From assembly GCA_965261085.1 (NCBI GenBank), contig OZ253442.1:3104001-3168000 (forward strand): a DNA stretch of 64,000 nucleotides, given 5' to 3'. Source of the DNA: a bacterium (GTDB taxonomy: Bacteria; UBA8248). The notes under the pieces are model-generated. The model ran no database searches, was not told where the DNA came from, and worked only from the letters and a program-made list of their open reading frames with translations. Made by a program: the position numbers and the translations under genes. This document shows, piece after piece, positions 58,604 to 64,000 of this stretch; within the stretch, counting starts at the first letter, position 1; every line of letters begins with the position of its first letter.

Positions 58604-59896
58604 ATGAACCGATCCACGCAGAACTTACTCATTAGCAGTACCTGCATTATTTTAATGACTCTACTGCTTTTCAATTCTTCTATTGCACAGTCTTTACCGG
58701 AAAACGCATCCAAGAACGCATTCGGGGGAGGTTGGCGATGCAATAGGGGGTATTACAAAGCCGGCCAGAAATGCCTGAGGATCCAAATCCCCGAAAACGC
58801 CAGCCTCGACTTGATCGGCAACAATTGGAAATGCAACAGAGGGTATTACATAGCCGGTCAGAAATGCCTGAGAATCCAAATCCCCGAAAACGCCAGCCTC
58901 GACTTGATCGGCAACAATTGGAAATGCAACAGAGGGTATTACATAGCCGGTCAGAAATGCCTGAGGATCCAAATCCCCGAAAACGCCAGCCTCGACTTGA
59001 TCGGCAACAATTGGAAATGCAACAGAGGGTATTACATAGCCGGTCAGAAATGCCTGAGAATCCAAATCCCCGAAAACGCCAGCCTCGACTTGATCGGCAA
59101 CAATTGGAAATGCAACAGAGGGTATTACAAGGCTGGTCATAAATGCCTGAAAATCCAAATCCCTGAAAGCGCCAGCCTCGACTTCATCGGTAACAATTGG
59201 CAATGCAACCGAGGGTATTACAAGGCTGGTCATAAATGCCTGAAAATCCAAATCCCTGAAAGCGCCAGCCTCGACTTCATCGGTAACAATTGGCAATGTA
59301 ACCGAGGGTATTACAAAGCCGGTCGTAAATGCCTAAGAATCCAAATCCCTAAAAACGCCAGCCTCGACTTCATCGGTAATAATTGGGAATGTAACCGAGG
59401 GTATAAGAAATCAAATGACTCATGCGCACCAATGTCGAAAAAAGAAATCCAGCAACAAAACAAAAGACTAGAGCAAATTATGAGGAAAATATATCGTCGC
59501 AAAGTTCAAGGAATTGATTGCAGCACGGAATTTAAAACAAACGCTGAAGTTTGCATAAAGAGAACCCACCGGGAATTGGATTGCAATAAAAGCTATGATG
59601 GAAATCATTTCACGGACTGTGATTTGCTAGTAAGTTACGATATTCAAACTGACTATCGAGGAGGCACTTACATTGATGCTGATGTTAAGTGTGAAGTTGA
59701 AATAGAGTACAAGGGAAAGCAAAGATACTCTTCACAATCAGACTCAAATTCTGAATCCAAATCTCATAGTTTATATGCACACAATAGCGAGAGCGAAACG
59801 GTGGAATTCAATTTTTCGTTTAGTTATTACGAAAAAATCACCAGCGTAAAAATAAGCTCTGCGAGTTGCGAAATAGATAGTCTAAATCTGCAATAA
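58604..59896 (+). CDS. Secreted Cys-rich tandem-repeat protein
   Basis: Signal peptide; 8 copies of an approximately 31-aa unit (IPENASLDLIGNNWKCNRGYY.AG.KCL.IQ); AT-rich Cys-containing C-terminal domain. Confidence 0.85.
   Translation: MNRSTQNLLISSTCIILMTLLLFNSSIAQSLPENASKNAFGGGWRCNRGYYKAGQKCLRIQIPENASLDLIGNNWKCNRGYYIAGQKCLRIQIPENASLDLIGNNWKCNRGYYIAGQKCLRIQIPENASLDLIGNNWKCNRGYYIAGQKCLRIQIPENASLDLIGNNWKCNRGYYKAGHKCLKIQIPESASLDFIGNNWQCNRGYYKAGHKCLKIQIPESASLDFIGNNWQCNRGYYKAGRKCLRIQIPKNASLDFIGNNWECNRGYKKSNDSCAPMSKKEIQQQNKRLEQIMRKIYRRKVQGIDCSTEFKTNAEVCIKRTHRELDCNKSYDGNHFTDCDLLVSYDIQTDYRGGTYIDADVKCEVEIEYKGKQRYSSQSDSNSESKSHSLYAHNSESETVEFNFSFSYYEKITSVKISSASCEIDSLNLQ
58781..59410 (+). repeat. 93-bp coding tandem repeat, 7 near-identical units plus one degenerate unit upstream
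   Basis: Units start at 58781, 58874, 58967, 59060, 59153, 59246 and 59339. Confidence 0.95.
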
Positions 59897-59932
59897 GAAA
59901 TGTGGATATAACGCGATATTTGTCACTTCCAT

Positions 59933-60835
59933 TCACTTCCCCCAGGCAATCGCAAACGCGCCCACCACGGAGAGGACGCCGCCTACCACGATGCGCAGGG
60001 TGATGCTCTCCTGTTTCTTCAGGAACAGCCACGAGAAAATGATGACCCACAAGACGGAGAGGCGGTTGATGGGTATCACCTGCACCACCTCTCCCTCCCT
60101 GAACGCCGTCCAGAAGCAGAGGGCGGCTATTATATTCGCGACGACCCCGCAGGCAATCGTTACCAGTCCCCTGGGGCTCCAGCCTTTCATCCCGCTTTCT
60201 TCCTTCGTGAACGGCATGGCCAGAAGAAGCAGGGACATCGCCGTGAAGGTGGAAATCGCGATTCCCAGAGATTCCGAGGGCATGACGAGGATGGCGTATT
60301 TTCTGAAAACAAACGTCAAGGAAAACAAGAAGGAAGCGATGACCGGCACGAGAAAATAAACCAGCGCCACGTCCTTCTCACCCGATTCTCTTTTGGAGGA
60401 CTCTCTCTTATAGACGAGAAGAACGGCCCCGATCATGATGGCGAAAGTGCCGACGGCCACGCCCGCCGAGAAGCGCTCACCCAATATGAACACGCCCACG
60501 AGCGCCGACCACACCAGGATCGACTGCACCATAATCTGCGTCCGCGCCAGACCGAGCAGGCGCATCGACCCGAAAATCATGTAACGCCCGACCGAACTCC
60601 CGAAAAGGCCGATGAGCATGTACCACATGACGCCTTCCATCCGCCATGAAACGCTCTCGCCCCAGGCGAGGTAGAGCATGATCGCCAGTATCGCGGTGAG
60701 GGCGTTCATCACAATGGCCGCAATCCCCGGTCCGATATGGATCAGCGCCTTTCGATAGAATACTTGGGAGACGGCGACGAAAAACGCCGCGATGAACGAC
60801 AGGAGGTTCGGATCTAAGGATTTGAGCAAAATCAC
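59933..60835 (-). CDS. DMT/EamA family transporter
   Basis: About 10 hydrophobic segments in two repeats; ILGER and LFLK..E. Confidence 0.85.
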   Translation of the reverse strand: MILLKSLDPNLLSFIAAFFVAVSQVFYRKALIHIGPGIAAIVMNALTAILAIMLYLAWGESVSWRMEGVMWYMLIGLFGSSVGRYMIFGSMRLLGLARTQIMVQSILVWSALVGVFILGERFSAGVAVGTFAIMIGAVLLVYKRESSKRESGEKDVALVYFLVPVIASFLFSLTFVFRKYAILVMPSESLGIAISTFTAMSLLLLAMPFTKEESGMKGWSPRGLVTIACGVVANIIAALCFWTAFREGEVVQVIPINRLSVLWVIIFSWLFLKKQESITLRIVVGGVLSVVGAFAIAWGK

Positions 60836-61059
60836 CCCATAAAAGGACGGTGCGAGCGGCGCTACGCAATCCGGCAGCCGGGGAAGCGAGTATCACACCC
60901 ACACTCCCCCTCGCGCTGATCCCGAAAACCAGAGAATTACCCGGGATTTGCTTCCGACTGATACTGGCGCAGGCGCACGAAAACGCATCCGGCGAAAAAA
61001 GCCTGGTGGTTGGGGAACGTCACCCAGGCGGCTGTGCGCTCAAAAATTCTCGACGCCGC

Positions 61060-62955
61060 CTAGTCGAAGGGATAGCCCAGCCCGGCGAGCGCCTCGGTGA
61101 TCTCGGGCAGAATGGCCGGATCGTCGATGGTGGCAGGCATCTTGTATTCCTCGCCATCTGCGATGTTCGACATCGTTCCCCGCAGAATCTTGCCCGAGCG
61201 CGTCTTGGGCAGGCGCGTCACCACCGTCGCCTGGCGGAACGAGGCCACCGCGCCGATTTGACTGCGAACGAGCTGCACCACCTCGGTGACGATATCTTCG
61301 TCTTGTTTATCGACGCCCGCCTTGAGCACAAGGAAACCGAGCGGGAGCTGGCCCTTGAGCTGGTCCTTCACGCCGATGACGGCGCACTCGGCCACGTCGG
61401 GGTGAGCCGACAGAACCTCTTCCATCGCGCCCGTGGAGAGCCTGTGGCCCGCCACGTTGATGATGTCGTCCGTCCTCGACATCACGTAGACGTAGCCCTC
61501 CTCATCCATGTATCCGGCGTCACCCGTCTTGTAGAAACCCGGGTACTCGCTCAGATAGGAGTCGATGAAGCGATCATCAGCGTTCCAGAGAGTGGGCAGG
61601 CACCCGGGCGGCAAGGGGAGCCTGACGCACAGCGCGCCCATCTCGCCCGCGCCCAGTTCGCGGCCCTCTCCGTCGAGAACCTTGAAATCATAGCCGGGCA
61701 CCGCCTTCGAGGGGGAGCCGTACTTGACGGGCATATGCTCGATGCCCATGGGGTTCGCCAGCATCGGCCAGCCGGTCTCCGTCTGCCAGTAGTGGTCGAT
61801 GACGGGAATCTGCAGGTGCTCCTCGGCCCACTGAATCGTATCCGGGTCGGAGCGTTCCCCGGCCAGGAAAAGAATGCGGAAACGACTGAGGTCGTAATTC
61901 TTCATGAGTTCGGCGTCCGGATCGTCTCGCTTGATTGCGCGGAACGCCGTGGGCGCAGTGAAGAAAACCTCTACCCCGTGCTCGGAGATGATGCGCCAGA
62001 AAACGCCCGCATCGGGCGTGCCGACGGGCTTGCCCTCGAAGAGGATGGTGGTGCAGCCATGAATCAGCGGCGCATAGGTGATGTAGGAATGACCCACTAC
62101 CCAGCCGACGTCGGACGCCGCCCAGAACACATCTCCCGGCGACACGTCGTACACGTTTCGCATCGACCACTTGAGCGCCACCAGGTGGCCGCCGTTGTCC
62201 CGCACCACGCCCTTGGGCTCGCCGGTCGTGCCCGAGGTATAGAGGATATACAGGGGGTCCGTGGCGGCGAGGGGAACGCAGTCCGCAGGCGTTGCGTCTT
62301 TGAGAGAATCGTTCCACTCGATGTCGCGGCCCTCGATGAGTTCCGCCTCGACCTGGGAGCGCTGAAAGATGATGCATTTATCGGGTTTTACGCTGGAGAT
62401 GTTGATCGCCTCATCGAGCAGGGGCTTATAGGCGATGACGCCCGAGGGTTCGACCCCGCACGAGGCGGAAATCATGAGCTTTGGTTTTGCGTCCTCGATT
62501 CGCGTGGCCAACTCATTCGGCGCGAAGCCGCCGAAAACGACCGAGTGCACCGCGCCGATGCGCGCGCAGGCCAGCATGGCGATTGACGCCTCGGGCACCA
62601 TCGGCATGTAAATGATGACGCGGTCGCCCTTCTCCACCCCCTGGGCCTTGAGAGCGCCCGCGAAATGCGCGACTCTTTGCAACAATTCCCCATAAGTTAT
62701 CTTCTGAGTGGGTTCGCCCGTGATGGGGGTGTCGTATATCAGAGCGAGTTGATCCGCCCGTCCTTCCTCGACGTGCCGATCGACCGCGTTGTAGCAGGTG
62801 TTGACCTCGCCTCCCGTAAACCAGCGGTAAAAAGGCGGGTTCGAGTCGTCAAACACCTTGTCCCATTTCTTGTACCAGTGGATATCCTCCGCCGCCTCCG
62901 CCCAGAAGGCTTCCCCATCCGAGAGGGAGCGACCGTAAACTTCCGCATAGCCCAT
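61060..62955 (-). CDS. prpE: Propionyl-CoA synthetase (PrpE/ACSS3-like)
   Basis: YTSGTTGEPKG, SDVGWVVGHSY, AGER.DP, DHYWQTETG, SRTDDIINVAGHRLS, LPKTRSGKILR, PATIDDP. Confidence 0.9.
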   Translation of the reverse strand: MGYAEVYGRSLSDGEAFWAEAAEDIHWYKKWDKVFDDSNPPFYRWFTGGEVNTCYNAVDRHVEEGRADQLALIYDTPITGEPTQKITYGELLQRVAHFAGALKAQGVEKGDRVIIYMPMVPEASIAMLACARIGAVHSVVFGGFAPNELATRIEDAKPKLMISASCGVEPSGVIAYKPLLDEAINISSVKPDKCIIFQRSQVEAELIEGRDIEWNDSLKDATPADCVPLAATDPLYILYTSGTTGEPKGVVRDNGGHLVALKWSMRNVYDVSPGDVFWAASDVGWVVGHSYITYAPLIHGCTTILFEGKPVGTPDAGVFWRIISEHGVEVFFTAPTAFRAIKRDDPDAELMKNYDLSRFRILFLAGERSDPDTIQWAEEHLQIPVIDHYWQTETGWPMLANPMGIEHMPVKYGSPSKAVPGYDFKVLDGEGRELGAGEMGALCVRLPLPPGCLPTLWNADDRFIDSYLSEYPGFYKTGDAGYMDEEGYVYVMSRTDDIINVAGHRLSTGAMEEVLSAHPDVAECAVIGVKDQLKGQLPLGFLVLKAGVDKQDEDIVTEVVQLVRSQIGAVASFRQATVVTRLPKTRSGKILRGTMSNIADGEEYKMPATIDDPAILPEITEALAGLGYPFD

Positions 62956-63192
62956 CTTTTTTCCTCCAAGCAGAAAACTTGTATTTTTTAGTTGTAGTGA
63001 AAAAACGCATCATATCAAATTCCGCTTCCCTTTGCGCGGCTCACCGGGATGGTTCACGCTTGCCACCGACTCATGGTCGCCATCCTGACGAACACTCTCA
63101 CCTCCCCACCCGCCCTATGCGAATGATTCGCGCTTGTCCGCGCTCTGGGCCGGTGCTAGGCTCGGTTCTCTCCATCTGAGACAGGATGCGCC

Positions 63193-64000
63193 ATGGGCAT
63201 GACCCTGACAGAGAAAATCATGGCCAGAGCCTCGGGACGGGACGACCTGCGCGCAGGCGACATCGTATATCCAGAAGCCGATCTGGCGACGATTCACGAT
63301 CTCTACGTGGTAGAAGCCGACCGTCAACTCTTAGAGCTCGGTGTGGAGCGTCCCTGGGACCCGGAGCGCGTGTTCGTTTGCTTCGACCACGACACGATTC
63401 CCCAGACCATCGCCATCGCGAATCGCGCCCGGCGGATAAGAGAAATCGTCAAACGCTGGGGCGTAAAGCATTTCTTCGATACGGGCCGCGGCCAGGGCCA
63501 TGTTTTCCCGATGGAAATCGGCATCGTAAAACCCGGCGAATGCGTCCTGGCCTATGACATTCACGTCACGAACTACGGCGCCATGGGTTGTCTCGGCCTG
63601 GCGCTCGTCTTCGAGTTCCCCGCCGTGCTCGCCACGGGCAGCCATTGGCTCAAGGCGCCTGAGACGATTCAAATCGATTTGAGCGGAAAACTCCCGGCGG
63701 GCGTCGGCATCCGGGACGCCGCCGCGCGCATCATTCACGACATCGGCCCCGACGCCGCCGATTACCGCGTCTTCGAGTACACCGGAGAGGCTCTCGCCCA
63801 TCTCGGGGTCGACGCGCGGGTGAAGCTCTGCAACCTGCCGATAGAGATCGGGGCGAAAAGCGCCATCGTGCCCGCCGATGAAGTCGTGGCGCAGTGGATG
63901 CGCGAGAGGAACATCGACGGTTTTGAAGCGACCCGAAGCGACCCCGACGCCGCATTCGCCGAAACTTATGAGTTCAACCTCTCCGAGATGGAGCCCATCG
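63193..64000 (+). CDS. Aconitase-family (LeuC/HacA-like) dehydratase large subunit, partial
   Basis: Manual translation: MGMTLTEKIMARASG...IHD...FDH...GQGH...PG...YDIHVTNYGAMG...W.K.PETI...CN..IE.GAK...SDPDA. Not in the ORF track. Confidence 0.88.
   Translation, partial: MGMTLTEKIMARASGRDDLRAGDIVYPEADLATIHDLYVVEADRQLLELGVERPWDPERVFVCFDHDTIPQTIAIANRARRIREIVKRWGVKHFFDTGRGQGHVFPMEIGIVKPGECVLAYDIHVTNYGAMGCLGLALVFEFPAVLATGSHWLKAPETIQIDLSGKLPAGVGIRDAAARIIHDIGPDAADYRVFEYTGEALAHLGVDARVKLCNLPIEIGAKSAIVPADEVVAQWMRERNIDGFEATRSDPDAAFAETYEFNLSEMEPI

Noticed and set aside
58781-59410. 93-bp repeats as CRISPR or a DGR template/variable pair
   Set aside because: In-frame coding tandem repeat; differences are not adenine-specific; no reverse transcriptase or cas gene.

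Overview
A gene-dense bacterial chromosomal window, probably from an uncultured heterotroph; taxonomy cannot be fixed from sequence alone. The left part (1 to about 26.6 kb, moderate GC by eye) carries mgtE (partial), hflX, an M16 peptidase, a split UxaA-type pair, a two-subunit CoA-transferase, RraA, RlpA, YyaL, an M20 peptidase, DUF3604, FNR, a crotonase plus B12 acyl-CoA mutase large subunit, an AOR-family oxidoreductase and queE. The right part (GC-richer) carries two SDRs and a variable region (about 28.8-37.2 kb). That region holds gene fragments, Mrr plus an ART-like ORF, a REP doublet, a MITE, an ankyrin protein, FitAB, caiB and a 1-kb islet at tRNA-Leu(TAA). Further right are coxSLM form II, a Dpp/Opp ABC transporter, an uncharacterised acyl-CoA/AtuA/DUF4387/HD cluster, a Cys-rich 93-bp repeat protein, prpE and a partial aconitase-family subunit. 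Top observation: the CoA-transferase A subunit is one continuous reading frame broken only by an in-frame TGA (9081-9083), followed by a SECIS-like hairpin, making it a candidate selenocysteine CoA-transferase; its partner B subunit appears to lack Glu at the canonical catalytic position. Also notable are an acyl-CoA mutase with a remodelled active site next to an ECHDC1-like crotonase, a probable ATC start for hflX, and the tRNA-Leu islet with paired hairpins. Family assignments come from motif recognition, not database searches.
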